DNA of 64,000 nt from an uncultured Chloroflexia bacterium (GTDB lineage Bacteria; Chloroflexota; Limnocylindria; Limnocylindrales; CSP1-4): assembly GCA_963780425.1 (NCBI GenBank), contig CAWABZ010000012.1, positions 6,284 through 70,283 of the forward strand, written 5' to 3'. The position numbers and the translations under genes were made by a program. The notes under the pieces are model-generated. The model saw nothing but the letters and a program-made list of their open reading frames with translations, ran no database searches and was not told where the DNA came from. The stretch's first letter is position 1. Every line of letters begins with the position of its first letter. Below are positions 11,059-21,584 of this stretch, piece by piece.

Positions 11059-11084
11059 GGTTTGTGTTCCTCTTTCTCAAATGG
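11059..11084. promoter_or_regulatory. Candidate ROK/XylR operator, second copy of the 26-nt motif
   Basis: ggtttgtgttcctctttctcaaatgg matches 3341-3366 at about 17 of 26 positions (TTTGTG-N-TC-TCT-N-CAAAT). It lies in the divergent ROK/oxidoreductase region and overlaps the ROK RBS. Confidence 0.4.
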
Positions 11085-11143
11085 CTGTGCGAGACTCGTA
11101 CAACCGGGCGGCCATGTCAATACGGATTCGAGGGAGCCGGACC

Positions 11144-12154
11144 ATGACGCGCTCATTGCGCTGGGGGATCCTGTCCACCGCGAAGATCGCGACCGGGAAG
11201 GTGATCCCCGGGATGATGAAGGCCGACCGCTGCGAGATCGTCGCGATCTCCTCGCGGAACGCGGAGCTCGCCCTTAGTGCTGCGGCGAAGTTCGGGATCC
11301 CCAATGCCCACGGCTCCTACGAGGCGCTCCTCCTGGACCCGGACGTCGATGCGGTCTACATCCCGCTGCCGAACCACCTGCATGCCGAATGGACGATCGC
11401 CGCGGTCGGGGCAGGCAAGCATGTCCTTTGCGAGAAACCGCTCGCGATGACAGCGGCCGACGCGGAACGGATGATCGAGGCCGCCGACGCCGCCGGGGTG
11501 CGCCTGATGGAGGCGTTCATGTACCGCCACCATCCGTCGTGGGTCGCCGCGCGCGGGCTGGTCGAGGCGGGGCGGATCGGACGGCTGTCCGCGGTCCAGA
11601 CCTGGTTCTCCTACTTCAACGACGACGCGGCGGACATCCGCAACATCCGCGCCTTCGGCGGCGGTGCCCTGTTCGACATCGGGTGTTACGCGGTGAACCT
11701 GTCGCGGATGCTGTTCGACGGTGAACCGACGCGGATCGCCGCATCCATGCAGCGCGACCCGGACAGTGGCGTCGACGTGCTCACCAGCGCGATCCTCGAC
11801 TTCGACGCCGGCATCGCCAGCTTCACGTGTTCGACGCGGACCGAGACCGACCAACGGGTCGACATCTACGGGACCGACGGGCGGATCTCGATCGAGATCC
11901 CGTTCAACATCCCGCCGGACCGTCCGACGCGTATCTTCCTGACGGCCGGCGGCGACCCGCCGGTGGCGCCGGCCACCGAGGTGCTCGAGTTCCCGACCGC
12001 CGACCCGTACACGGTCGAGGCCGAGGTCTTCGCGACGGCGATCCTCGATGACCTGCCGACGCCCGTGCCTCCCGCGGATGCGGTGGCGAATCTGCGAGTG
12101 ATCGAGTCGATCTTCGCGGCCGCGGATCAGGGAGTCGCTGTCCCGTTGAAGTAG
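11144..12154 (+). CDS. Gfo/Idh/MocA family oxidoreductase
   Basis: N-terminal Rossmann fold (LRWGILSTAKIATGKVIPGM) and the C-terminal domain typical of the family. AGGGAG RBS 7 nt upstream of ATG 11144. Confidence 0.85.
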   Translation: MTRSLRWGILSTAKIATGKVIPGMMKADRCEIVAISSRNAELALSAAAKFGIPNAHGSYEALLLDPDVDAVYIPLPNHLHAEWTIAAVGAGKHVLCEKPLAMTAADAERMIEAADAAGVRLMEAFMYRHHPSWVAARGLVEAGRIGRLSAVQTWFSYFNDDAADIRNIRAFGGGALFDIGCYAVNLSRMLFDGEPTRIAASMQRDPDSGVDVLTSAILDFDAGIASFTCSTRTETDQRVDIYGTDGRISIEIPFNIPPDRPTRIFLTAGGDPPVAPATEVLEFPTADPYTVEAEVFATAILDDLPTPVPPADAVANLRVIESIFAAADQGVAVPLK

Positions 12155-13996
12155 CGCAGCGCGAGGGCGATCGCGTCCTTGCCGCAAGTGGACCCGATCT
12201 TGCGTCCTTCGACGTCGTCGCTGGGCACATGGATACCCATGAAGAGCCGGGAGATCCCGGCCTGGTCCGCCGCGTCGAAGTAGGTCGCCCACTGGATCGT
12301 CGTGTCCTGGGTCGGTCCTTCCTCGTGCAGCAGGTCGCCCTTCTTGACCGTAAAGCTGGTGATCCCGCCTGGGAAGTACGCGTCGCCGGTGAACGCCGTG
12401 AGGACCTCGGCCGCGGCCCTGCTGAACGTGCTGTGCCCCGACGGATAGCCTGCGAACGCGGGGGTCACGAACGTGCTGCGCTGGTAGGGGACCCAATCGA
12501 CCGCCCGGATCCAGCCGACTCCGCTCGTCTGCGTCTTCGGATCCTTCGGGAACCCGCGCCAGGCATTGATGGCGATCTCGCCGACATGACCGGACAGCCC
12601 GGCATGCCGCTGCCCGGCCGCGCTGGATTCCGGGGTGATGACCTCGATGAGGCCGGGCTCGAGCGGCAGTCCCTGCGTGTCGTACGACGGTCCGGCAGGG
12701 TCACTCGACTGCCCCTTCCCGCCCATGAAGCGGATCTGCGAGATCGGACGGGACGAGTCGTAGAAACCCTTCACGCCCCACGTCGCGATCGCCGCGTCGT
12801 GGACCGCGCCGTTCAGTGCCAGGTACAGCTTGACGTCCCATTCGAGCCGATCGACCGGCTCGCCCTGGCCACCGATGCGGAACGCGAAGCCCGGACTGTC
12901 CGAGACCTCGTTGGCGAGCACATTCCAGTGACCGGGCGGCGTCTCCGATTTCGGCCCGTCCGCCCAGTACTCGGCGAGGGCCCGGGCGAAATCGGCCTGC
13001 AGCACAGCGTGCGGCTCGTACGGCTGCCCGGTGGCCGGGTTGACATCGTGGCCGTTCCCGTCGTTGGCGCCAAGGGTGTTATCGCCGAAGGCACCCGGGC
13101 TGATGTCGATCGTCACGCCATTGGTGGCGTCCAGCAGATGGCTGCGTCGGATGATCTCGACCGCCTCGTCCTTGAATGCCTTATCCGTAGCGGCGTCTCC
13201 CAGCTGCGGCGGCGGCCCCGGGTCGATCGGGGTCCCGGCGTCGGAGGGCGGCAGCGCGAACGACGTCACGTGACCCCAGTACGGCCCGATGAACGTTTGG
13301 ACCTTGCCCGGGGATCGGCAGCCCGTTCTGGGAGATCTGCTTGTCGAGCGCCAATGGCTGCCAGTGGTTCGGGTCGGTCATGACCGTCCCGGGCTCGGTG
13401 ACGACCAGCGGCTCGTTCTTCGGCGCGTAGGTCGGGTCGGCGTACCGCTCCTCCTCGTGCGCGCCGTCCTTCCGACCGAACTCGATCACGGCCGCGCCGA
13501 TGCGATTCCCGAGCTGGGCCGGGTTGTCTCCGTCGATCGAGGTGTAGTCGGTCCGGTAACACAGGCTGTCCATCGTCGCGGTCAGCTGCTGGGTCGCGGC
13601 CGGCAGGTCGGACACCGTGCCGTAGCGCCAGAGCAGGATGCGGTAGGCCGCGTAGCTCATCGCGATCTCGCGGGCGGCGTCCGGCTGGTCGGCCCGCAGC
13701 TTCTCGGTCACGAACAGCCCGTCCGCGGTCTCGTCATAGGCGGCCCACGCATCCCACATCGCGGCCGAGACGTGGAAGAGATTGCGCGCATGCACGGTCG
13801 GCGCGGGGACCACCTGCCGGATGAGCTCGAGCGTCTGGTCATCCCAGACGCGAGCCACGGATCTGCCCCCGAGGTCGCCACGGGTGCATGCCTCGGCCAC
13901 GAACGGCGGCCTCGCGTCACCGCAGGCGCCCAGCAGGGCGGCCATCAACGCGAGCGCCGAGACTGCCGCGACAGTCCCCCCTCGCAATCGATTCAT
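12127..13996 (-). CDS. PAP2-superfamily / vanadium-haloperoxidase-like secreted protein, +1 frameshift in a G/C homopolymer near 13307-13313
   Basis: The two ORFs (13181-13996 and 12127-13269) form one protein. N-terminal signal/lipobox (LLGACGD). C-terminal PAP2 motifs PSGHS and SRLFMGIHVPSDD (SRx5Hx3D). Junction PIPGQ / KVQTFIGPYWGHV. Confidence 0.7.
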
Positions 13997-14123
13997 CGCG
14001 CGAACCCCTCCGCTCGGACTTCGACGGAGGCACGAGGATGGCGGGCCGCTAGGGTGCGGTCAAGGGGGTTTGTGATCCCTGTGCTCTAATACCGCGGTCA
14101 GTCGCCCAGGGAGCATCCGGGAG

Positions 14124-15827
14124 GTGCCACCGCCCGTGTCGACCACCACCCGCGCTCGAGGCGTTACCCGCGGTGCTCGGCTGGTCGTGATCGCGCTGGT
14201 GGTCGTCGCCCTCGTGGCCGGGGGTCTCCTCGTCGTCCGGGCCCTGTCACCGGCGGGATCCGTCGCATCGGGGCCGCCTGTCGCGCTTGATCCGCCGCAC
14301 CTCATCGAGGAGGCGGTGGAGGCCGGAATCGAGCACACGTATGCGGGGGATTACCCGTACGTCGTCGGTGGCGGCGTCGCGGCGTTCGACTGCGACGACG
14401 ACGGGCAGACGGATCTCTACCTGGCGGGCGGGGAGGGCAACGCGGGGCTGTACCGCAACCGGAGCGAGATCGGCGGCGCGCTCCGGTTCGAGCAGGCCGC
14501 GGATCCCTCGACGGACCTGCCATCGGTCACCGGGGCGTACCCCGTCGACATCGACGGGGACGGTCATATCGATCTGGCCGTGCTCCGACTCGGCGAGGAC
14601 GTGATCCTGCGCGGCCTCGGCGACTGCCGGTTCGAGCGGGCCAACGAGTCGCTCGCCTTCGATGGGGGAAGCGGCTGGACCGTCGGGTTCAGTGCGACAT
14701 GGGAGTCGCCGGGGGCGGCCCTGCCGACGCTCGCCTTCGGCGACTACCTGACGCTCGACGAGCAGGGCGAACCGGCGAGCGCATGCGCGGACGACCGGCT
14801 CGTGCGACCTGCGATGTCGGATATGACCTACGCCGAGCCCGTCGCGCTGACGCCGAGCTGGTGCACGCTCTCGATGCTCTTCAGCGACTGGGACCGGTCG
14901 GGCCGGCGCGATCTGCGGGTGTCCAACGACCGCCACTACTACCGGGACGGCGAGGAACAGCTGTGGCGGATCGAGGCCGGTCAGGCGCCGCGGCTCTATA
15001 CGCGCGCCGAGGGCTGGGCCCTGCTGCGGATCTGGGGCATGGGCATCGCCAGCCAGGACCTCACCGGCGACGCGTACCCGGAGGTCTACCTGACCAGCCA
15101 GGCCGACAACAAGCTGCAGACCCTGGCGGACGGCCCGACGCAGCCGCGATACGAGGACATCGCGCTGCGGCGCGGGGTGACCGCCCACAAACCCTTTGCC
15201 GGCGGTGACCCACAGGCGTCTACGGCCTGGCATCCGGCGTTCGAGGATGTCAACAACGATGGGTTCACGGACCTGTATGTCAGCAAGGGCAACGTCGAGA
15301 CCCAGACCGAGTACGCCGCGAAGGACCCCAGCAACCTGTTGATCGGCCAGGCTGACGGCAGCTTCGTCGAAGGCGCGCCGGCGGCGGGGATGGTCGGCTA
15401 TGACCGGGTCCGCGGGGCGGCACTCGTGGACCTGAACGGGGACGGGCTGCTGGACGTGGTCCAGGTCGCCCGGCGCGCGAACGTCAAGCTGTGGCGGAAC
15501 GCTGGGTCGGGCGACCGGCAAACGACACGACCGATGGGCCACTGGATCGCCGTGGACCTCCAGCAGGAGGGCTCGAATCGCGATGCCATCGGCTCGTGGA
15601 TCATGGTCCGCACCGGCGGGACGCAGGTCGAGCGCGAGGTCACGGTCGGTGGCGGGCACGCCAGCGGTCAGCTGGTCCCGATCCACTTCGGCCTCGGCGC
15701 CGCCGAGCGTGCGGACGTCCGCGTCACCTGGCCGGACGGCGAGGTCGGCCCGTGGATGCCGGTGGACGCGGACCGGGTCGTACGTATCGAGCGAGGCGCG
15801 ACGGCCGCTCAGCCGGTGAGCCCGTAG
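14124..15827 (+). CDS. FG-GAP repeat / ASPIC-UnbV domain protein (CRTAC1-like), N-terminal membrane anchor
   Basis: 567 aa with Ca-binding loops (DIDGDGHIDL, DVNNDGFTDL, DLNGDGLLDV) and a C-terminal ASPIC/UnbV segment (GGGHASGQLVPIHFGLG). Confidence 0.8.
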   Translation: MPPPVSTTTRARGVTRGARLVVIALVVVALVAGGLLVVRALSPAGSVASGPPVALDPPHLIEEAVEAGIEHTYAGDYPYVVGGGVAAFDCDDDGQTDLYLAGGEGNAGLYRNRSEIGGALRFEQAADPSTDLPSVTGAYPVDIDGDGHIDLAVLRLGEDVILRGLGDCRFERANESLAFDGGSGWTVGFSATWESPGAALPTLAFGDYLTLDEQGEPASACADDRLVRPAMSDMTYAEPVALTPSWCTLSMLFSDWDRSGRRDLRVSNDRHYYRDGEEQLWRIEAGQAPRLYTRAEGWALLRIWGMGIASQDLTGDAYPEVYLTSQADNKLQTLADGPTQPRYEDIALRRGVTAHKPFAGGDPQASTAWHPAFEDVNNDGFTDLYVSKGNVETQTEYAAKDPSNLLIGQADGSFVEGAPAAGMVGYDRVRGAALVDLNGDGLLDVVQVARRANVKLWRNAGSGDRQTTRPMGHWIAVDLQQEGSNRDAIGSWIMVRTGGTQVEREVTVGGGHASGQLVPIHFGLGAAERADVRVTWPDGEVGPWMPVDADRVVRIERGATAAQPVSP

Positions 15828-15841
15828 GCGATAGTGGCCCC

Positions 15842-17228
15842 ATGACGACGGCACCCCACGCCCGTCTCGCCGAGGTCGCGCTGCCGGACTTCGGCCGTTC
15901 GTCGACGACGCCCGAGCGTCCCGGCGTCCGTCTACGGCCAGCGCATGGAGCGGCTGCGCGAGCGGATGGAGCAGCGCGGCTACGACCGCATCGTCGTATA
16001 TGCGGACCGCGAGCACAGCGCGAACCTGGCATATCTGACCGGGTTCGATCCGCGGTTCGAGGAGGCGATCCTCGTGGTCGGCGACGCTACCGAGCCCGCG
16101 ATCCTCGTCGGCAACGAATGCTTCGGGATGGCCGGCGCGGCGCCGCTCCCGATGCGTCGCGAGCTGTACCAGGACCTGAGCCTGCCCGGTCAGCCGCGCG
16201 ACCGATCGCGGCCCCTGTCCGACATCCTCGCGGGCGAGGGCGTGAATGACGGTGCCCGTGTCGGCGTCGTCGGCTGGAAACCGTACGCGGACACGTCGAT
16301 GCTCGACGTGCCGTCCGTCTTCGCGGACGAGCTCCGGGCGCTGACGGGGTCTCGCGGCTCGGTCGAGAACGCAGTCGACCTCCTGATCGATCCGAGTGAC
16401 GGCCTGCGGGTCATCAACGAGGTGGAGCAGCTGGCGGCGATGGAGGCCGCCGCGTGCACGACATCGAGCGGGGTCCGTTCCGTGCTGACCGGTCTGCGGC
16501 CAGGCATGCGCGAGCGCGACGCGGTCGCGCTGCTCGGTTGGGACGGCTCCCCGTTGTCGTGCCACCTGATGCTCACCGCGGGACCGCGCGCCGCGTTCGG
16601 ACTGCTCAGCCCGGGCGACCGGCCGATCGAGCGCGGGGACCCGTTCACTGTCGCCTTCGGGATCTGGGGCGCGCTCACCTGCCGCGCGGGCTTCGTCGTC
16701 GAGGACGCGACCGACCTGCCCGCTGCGATCGGCGACTACGTCGAGCGGCTGGTCGGCCCGTACTTCACCGCGGTCGCCGAGTGGTATCGCGCGCTGCACA
16801 TCGGCCAGACCGGCGGGGCACTGCACGCGATCATCGACCGCCACCTCGGCGAACCGTTCTTCGGCATCTTCCTCAACCCGGGCCACCAGATCGGGCTCGA
16901 CGAATGGGTGAACTCGCCGATCCGCCCGGGCTCGTCGATCGAGCTCCGCTCGGGCATGGCGTTCCAGGTGGACATCATCCCGGCGACCGGGACGCCATAT
17001 TTCACATCGAACATCGAGGACGGTATCGCCCTCGCCGACCAGTCGCTCCGCGCCGCCTTCGCCAGCGGCTATCCGGAGGCGTGGGCCCGGATCCAGGCGC
17101 GACGGCGGTTCATGGCCGAGGCCCTGGGCATCGAGCTGCACCCGGACGTGCTGCCGTTCTCCAACATCCCGGCCTATCTCCCGCCGTTCCTGCTGCGGCC
17201 CGACCGGGTCATGACGCTGACCGCGTGA
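15842..17228 (+). CDS. M24 family metallopeptidase (creatinase/Xaa-Pro aminopeptidase-like), probable +1 frameshift near 15921-15930 in the N-terminal leader
   Basis: Creatinase-N-like and pita-bread domains from MERLRERMEQRGYDRIVVYA onward (ATG 15945). The preceding in-phase-shifted ORF (ATG 15842, MTTAPHARLAEVALPDFGRSSTTPERP) reads like the native N-terminus. Confidence 0.75.
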
Positions 17229-18061
17229 CGCCGCCGCCATCGGCCGGGGGCGGCGCCCCGCTGGTCCTGCGCACCGGCGCGGACACGCTGACGATCGACG
17301 CCGGCGTCGGAGCGCGGTTCGCCTCGTTGAAGGTGAGGGGCCACGAGATCCTCGTCACCGAGGGTGCCGGGCCGATCTGGTGGGGCTGCTACCCGATGGT
17401 CCCGTTCGCGGGCAGGATCCGCGATGGGAGCTTCACGTTCGCCGGCCGCGTCCACCAGCTGAAGCGCAACCTGCCGCCCCACGCCATCCACGGGACGGTA
17501 TTCGACCGCCCGTGGCGCGTCGTGTCGCACGGCCTGGACAGGGCGACGCTGGCGGTCGATCTCGGTCCCGGCTGGCCGTTCGCCGGCCGGGTCACCCATG
17601 AGATCTCGCTGCAGCCGGGTGGCCTCGACGCGACCCTGACCCTCGAGGCGGACGACGAGATGCCCGCCTGGCTCGGCTGGCATCCGTGGTTCCGGCGCCG
17701 GGTCGGCGACGCGGCCGTCGAGCTCGAGTTCGACGCGTCATCGATGTACGTCCGGGGTGTCGACGGGCTGCCGACAGGCGCGCGATCGCGCCCCGGCCCG
17801 CGCCCGTGGGACGACGCGTTCACCGGCGTGCGCGCGCCTCCGCGCCTGCGCTGGCCGGGCGTCCTCGAGCTCGAGATGACCTCGACCGCCGACGTCTGGG
17901 TCGTATTCGACGAGCGCGCCGAGGGCATCTGCCTCGAGCCTCAAACCGCGCCTCCCGATGCGATCAACCTCGCCGAGGCCGACGGAACCGAGCCGCCCAC
18001 CGCGGCGCCGGGGCGCGCACTCTCGGCGTCGATGGCGTTCCGGTGGTCGGTCAGCGCCTGA
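17225..18061 (+). CDS. Aldose 1-epimerase (galactose mutarotase-like) family protein
   Basis: GTG start overlapping the upstream stop (GTGA). Conserved mutarotase-fold residues (HGTVFDRPW). Confidence 0.7.
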   Translation: MTPPPSAGGGAPLVLRTGADTLTIDAGVGARFASLKVRGHEILVTEGAGPIWWGCYPMVPFAGRIRDGSFTFAGRVHQLKRNLPPHAIHGTVFDRPWRVVSHGLDRATLAVDLGPGWPFAGRVTHEISLQPGGLDATLTLEADDEMPAWLGWHPWFRRRVGDAAVELEFDASSMYVRGVDGLPTGARSRPGPRPWDDAFTGVRAPPRLRWPGVLELEMTSTADVWVVFDERAEGICLEPQTAPPDAINLAEADGTEPPTAAPGRALSASMAFRWSVSA

Positions 18062-18075
18062 GCCGGAGCGAGCCC

Positions 18076-19341
18076 CTAGGCCTTCGAGATCGCGCCCTTT
18101 CGCTTCTCGGCGGGTGCCGGGATGCTCACCCCCGTGACCCGGTTCTTGCCCGCGCGCTTGCTGGTGTACATGGCGCGGTCGGCGCTGATCATCAGCTCGT
18201 CCGCGGTCTGGCCGTCGTCCGGGAATGACACGACACCCACCGACAACGACGGCCGGACCGCGTCGTCGGGCAGCTCGAGAGCGAGCTCGTTGACGCCGAT
18301 CCGGATCTTCTCCGCGAGGACGAAGGCACCGGTCGGGTCCGTCTCCGGCAGGAGCACGACGAACTCATCGCCGCCATACCGGGCGGCGGTGTCGATCCGC
18401 CGGACGCCGTCGTTCACGACCTGGCCGACCGCGCTCAACACGCGATCACCGTGGAAGTGGCCGAGCCGGTCGTTGATCGCCTTGAGCTCGTCAAGGTCCA
18501 TCATCAGCAGGCAGAACCCGCGACCCGACCGGGCGCTGCGGGCGATCTCGCGCTCCAGGGCGGCGAAGAAGAAGCCGCGATTGAACAGCGATGTCAGCGG
18601 GTCGATCGTCGACAGGCGGATCGCCGCGTCACGCGAGCTGCGCTGCTCCCGCGCGATGACCATCGCGATGTAGGCCAGGAGGATCAGGGCGGTGAGGTTG
18701 ATCCCGACCGTCGCGGTCGTGACCGGTTCCGCGAGGACCGCGGCCGTCGAGCCCAGGATGACCGCGAGCACGTAGCCCAGGGCCGCGGTCAGCGCCAGCC
18801 CGAGGGTGATGCCGGGGCTGACGACCAGCGCGGCGCCGCCCACGATCAGCGGGTAGACGAAGAAGAACGGGCTCTCCGCGCCACCGGTCAGGGCCACGAG
18901 CATGGTCGCGACCGTGATCGCGACCGAGCCCTCGACGAGGAACTTGGCCGGACCGAGCGCCGTCGTCGGCAGCAGGTCGTGGATGACCAGCACGAATACG
19001 CCGGCGAGCGCGAGCAGGATGAAGATGGCGGTCTGGCTCTCCGGCCACAGGCCGGTGACACCGACGATGGTCGTCGCGGCGAGCAGGAAGACCCACGATG
19101 CGATGCGCACGACGCGGTCGTACGCCCGGGTCGGCACCCCGTCCTCGGTGCGCTCGTCGTCAGCGTGCCCAACGACCGCCGCGGCCGCCATCGTCCGCTC
19201 CGCCCGGACATCGAGCCGGTCGTCGACTACACCCCTGGACCGCACACGCCCGATCACCGGCGATGCGATGAGGGCAGCCATGACCACCAGGTTCGCGATC
19301 ACGGCAACGACGATCAGGGCAAGGATCGGCTCGAGCTCCAC
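18076..19341 (-). CDS. Membrane-anchored diguanylate cyclase (GGDEF domain)
   Basis: 6-7 TM helices, then a GGDEF domain with an intact active site (RYGGDEF). Confidence 0.85.
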   Translation of the reverse strand: MELEPILALIVVAVIANLVVMAALIASPVIGRVRSRGVVDDRLDVRAERTMAAAAVVGHADDERTEDGVPTRAYDRVVRIASWVFLLAATTIVGVTGLWPESQTAIFILLALAGVFVLVIHDLLPTTALGPAKFLVEGSVAITVATMLVALTGGAESPFFFVYPLIVGGAALVVSPGITLGLALTAALGYVLAVILGSTAAVLAEPVTTATVGINLTALILLAYIAMVIAREQRSSRDAAIRLSTIDPLTSLFNRGFFFAALEREIARSARSGRGFCLLMMDLDELKAINDRLGHFHGDRVLSAVGQVVNDGVRRIDTAARYGGDEFVVLLPETDPTGAFVLAEKIRIGVNELALELPDDAVRPSLSVGVVSFPDDGQTADELMISADRAMYTSKRAGKNRVTGVSIPAPAEKRKGAISKA

Positions 19342-19426
19342 ATGGTCATCTTAGCCGCGGGAATGGCCGAATCGGCCGGTGCGTGCGTGCGACGGGCAAC
19401 GGACGGTGCGCGGAGGCGCCAGCCTT

Positions 19427-19927
19427 CTAGCGGGTCCCCCACTGGTACGTTTGCTTGACCATGCGTAGGTACACGAACGTCTCGGTCTCGCGCACGCCGT
19501 CGATCGCTCGCAGCTTCTCGGTCAGGAAGCGCAGCAGGGCCTCGTTGTCCTCGCACACGGTCTCGATCAGCAGGTCGTACGTGCCGGCGGTGATCACGAC
19601 GTAGTCGACCTCGGGCATGTCGGCGACCTGCTCGGCCACGGACACGAGCCGGTCGCTCTCGCAGCGGATCCCGATCATCGCCATCTGGTGGAAGCCGAGC
19701 TTCAACGGATCGGTCACGCCGACGACCTGCAGGATGCCGCGCTCGATCAGTCGATTGGTGCGAGCACGCACGGCGGCCTCGCTCACGCCGAGGTCGGCGG
19801 CGATCTGCGTGAAGGGCCGACGCCCGTCGGCCTGCAGGTGCTCGATGATCCGCTTGTCGAGGTCCGAGACCTCCTCGCCGGAGCGATTCGACGCGCTACG
19901 GGCTCGCGGCCGGACGACGTCCGTCAT
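19427..19927 (-). CDS. Lrp/AsnC family transcriptional regulator
   Basis: HTH_AsnC (LDKRIIEHLQADGRRPFTQIAADLGVSEAAVRARTNRL) plus a RAM domain. Confidence 0.9.
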   Translation of the reverse strand: MTDVVRPRARSASNRSGEEVSDLDKRIIEHLQADGRRPFTQIAADLGVSEAAVRARTNRLIERGILQVVGVTDPLKLGFHQMAMIGIRCESDRLVSVAEQVADMPEVDYVVITAGTYDLLIETVCEDNEALLRFLTEKLRAIDGVRETETFVYLRMVKQTYQWGTR

Positions 19928-19982
19928 GCGGACAGGGTACGGCCTTCCGGCCTCGTCGTGACCCCGCGTTTCGGGGCGACGG

Positions 19983-20609
19983 TCAGGGCGTGGGCGCCGA
20001 TGGCGCCGTGCTGGGGGCCGTGGCGACCTGTCCGGAGTACGCGACCGGGACGTTCGTGCGTGCTCGGAGCGGCGAAAGCAGCAGGTCGAGGGCGGTCACG
20101 AGCTCGCGCAGCCCGTCCGACTGACGGCTGTCGGGCTTCTGGGGCACGGTGCCAGATGCGGTCGGCCCCCAGGTGATCAGGATGTTCATGCCCGCGAGCG
20201 CGATCGGCGGCTCACCGCTGCCGGGCGCCTCGCCGACCGGCCATTCGGTCAACCGGGTCAGGGCGGTCGACGACCGGTACTGCGTGACGTCGAGCGGCCA
20301 CCCGAGGTAAGTGGCGTAGATCTTGGTGACGACGTCACTCCCCTCGGCGCCCAGGGACGCCGTGTTCGCGGTGATGCGCAGGCCGGCCTTGCCCAGGCCG
20401 CTGAAGACCTGTTGAGCCGTGGCCGGGCTCGGGAGGTGCGGGTTCGGTGTCGCGAGCGGCGCCGGTACGGCGGTGGGCGCGGCGCTCGGTGGTGCGCCCC
20501 CGCACGCGGCCACAAGCACGGCCGCAGCGACGAGCGCAGCGGCCGATCGCGGTCCCCTCGTATGCGATCCGAGCCATAGCCCGGCGATTCTGGGCAGCGG
20601 GCGACCCAC
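19983..20609 (-). CDS. Hypothetical lipoprotein
   Basis: Signal peptide with lipobox (LVAACGG). No recognisable domain. Confidence 0.45.
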   Translation of the reverse strand: MGRPLPRIAGLWLGSHTRGPRSAAALVAAAVLVAACGGAPPSAAPTAVPAPLATPNPHLPSPATAQQVFSGLGKAGLRITANTASLGAEGSDVVTKIYATYLGWPLDVTQYRSSTALTRLTEWPVGEAPGSGEPPIALAGMNILITWGPTASGTVPQKPDSRQSDGLRELVTALDLLLSPLRARTNVPVAYSGQVATAPSTAPSAPTP

Positions 20610-20658
20610 ACGTCGACCCTAACGTTAGTACCGCCACACGGGACGCCGGAGGGCGGGT

Positions 20659-21578
20659 TCAGCGCTCCAGTTCGGCCAGGACCGGCGCGAACGCCTCGAT
20701 CGATCCCCGCGTGATCGGGTCGATCACGAGCTGGACGTGAGCGATGCCCGCTCGTGCGTAGGCACGGAGGACCTCGGCCATCGCCTCGGGCGAGCCCTCC
20801 AGCGGCACGGGCTGCGCCTCGGCGTAGGAACCCTGGACGCGGCCGGTGCCGCCAGGCAACTTGACCAGGACCGCGACCGTCCGCTCGATGTCAGCGGGGT
20901 CACGCCCCACGTCGCGGCACGCCGCGTCGACGACGTCACGCAGGCGCGGCCACGCCGTCGGGTGCGTTGCCGATGTCGGCGAACCAGCTGTTCCAGGCCT
21001 GGACATGCGGGGCGGCGATGCGCAGCATCCGCGGGCCGTTCGAGCCGATCATCAGCGGCGGCCCGGTCGGTCTCGGCCCGCGCGGCAGCAGCTCGGCGTC
21101 GCGCGCCTGGTAGAAGCGCCCGTCGAAGTCGATCGCGCCGTCCTGCAACAACGTCCGGATGATGGTGAACGCCTCCTCGAACCGGTCGACGCGATGGTCG
21201 AACGGGATGCCGAACGCGCGGAACTCGGTCTCGTTCCAGCCGGCGCCGAGGCCGAGGATCAGCCGGCCGCCGCTGATCTCGTCGATCGTCGAGGCCTGTT
21301 TGGCGAGGACGGCAGGGTTGTGGAACGCCGTGCAGGCGACCAGCGGCCCGAACTCGATGCGCTCGGTGACCGCGGCGATCGCCGGCGAGCATCGACCAGG
21401 CCTCCCACGGCCCACGCGAGGGTCGGTCGGGCCAGCGATAGAGGAGGTGCTCGCCGAGCCAGACGGAGTCGTACCCGAGATCCTCGATGGCCCGGGTCAT
21501 GTCGAGCAGCTCGGGCCAGCGGACCTCTCGTTCGACCTCGGGCAGCTGGACGCCGATCTTGAGCGGCCGCTCCCCCAT
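20659..21578 (-). CDS. LLM-class (luciferase-like) flavin/F420-dependent oxidoreductase, two apparent +1 frameshifts (~21386-21395 and ~20940-20950)
   Basis: Three consecutive frames carry the N-terminal (KIGVQLPEVE...WEAWSMLAG), middle (IAAVTERIEFGPLV...ISGGRLILGLGAGW) and C-terminal (ACRDVGRDPADIERTVAV) thirds of an LLM protein. Confidence 0.75.
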
Positions 21579-21584
21579 CCGGAG

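Noticed and set aside
14247-17240. 997-aa minus-strand ORF spanning the FG-GAP and M24 genes
   Set aside because: Antisense shadow ORF; no recognisable motifs; the opposite strand carries full-length homologous genes.
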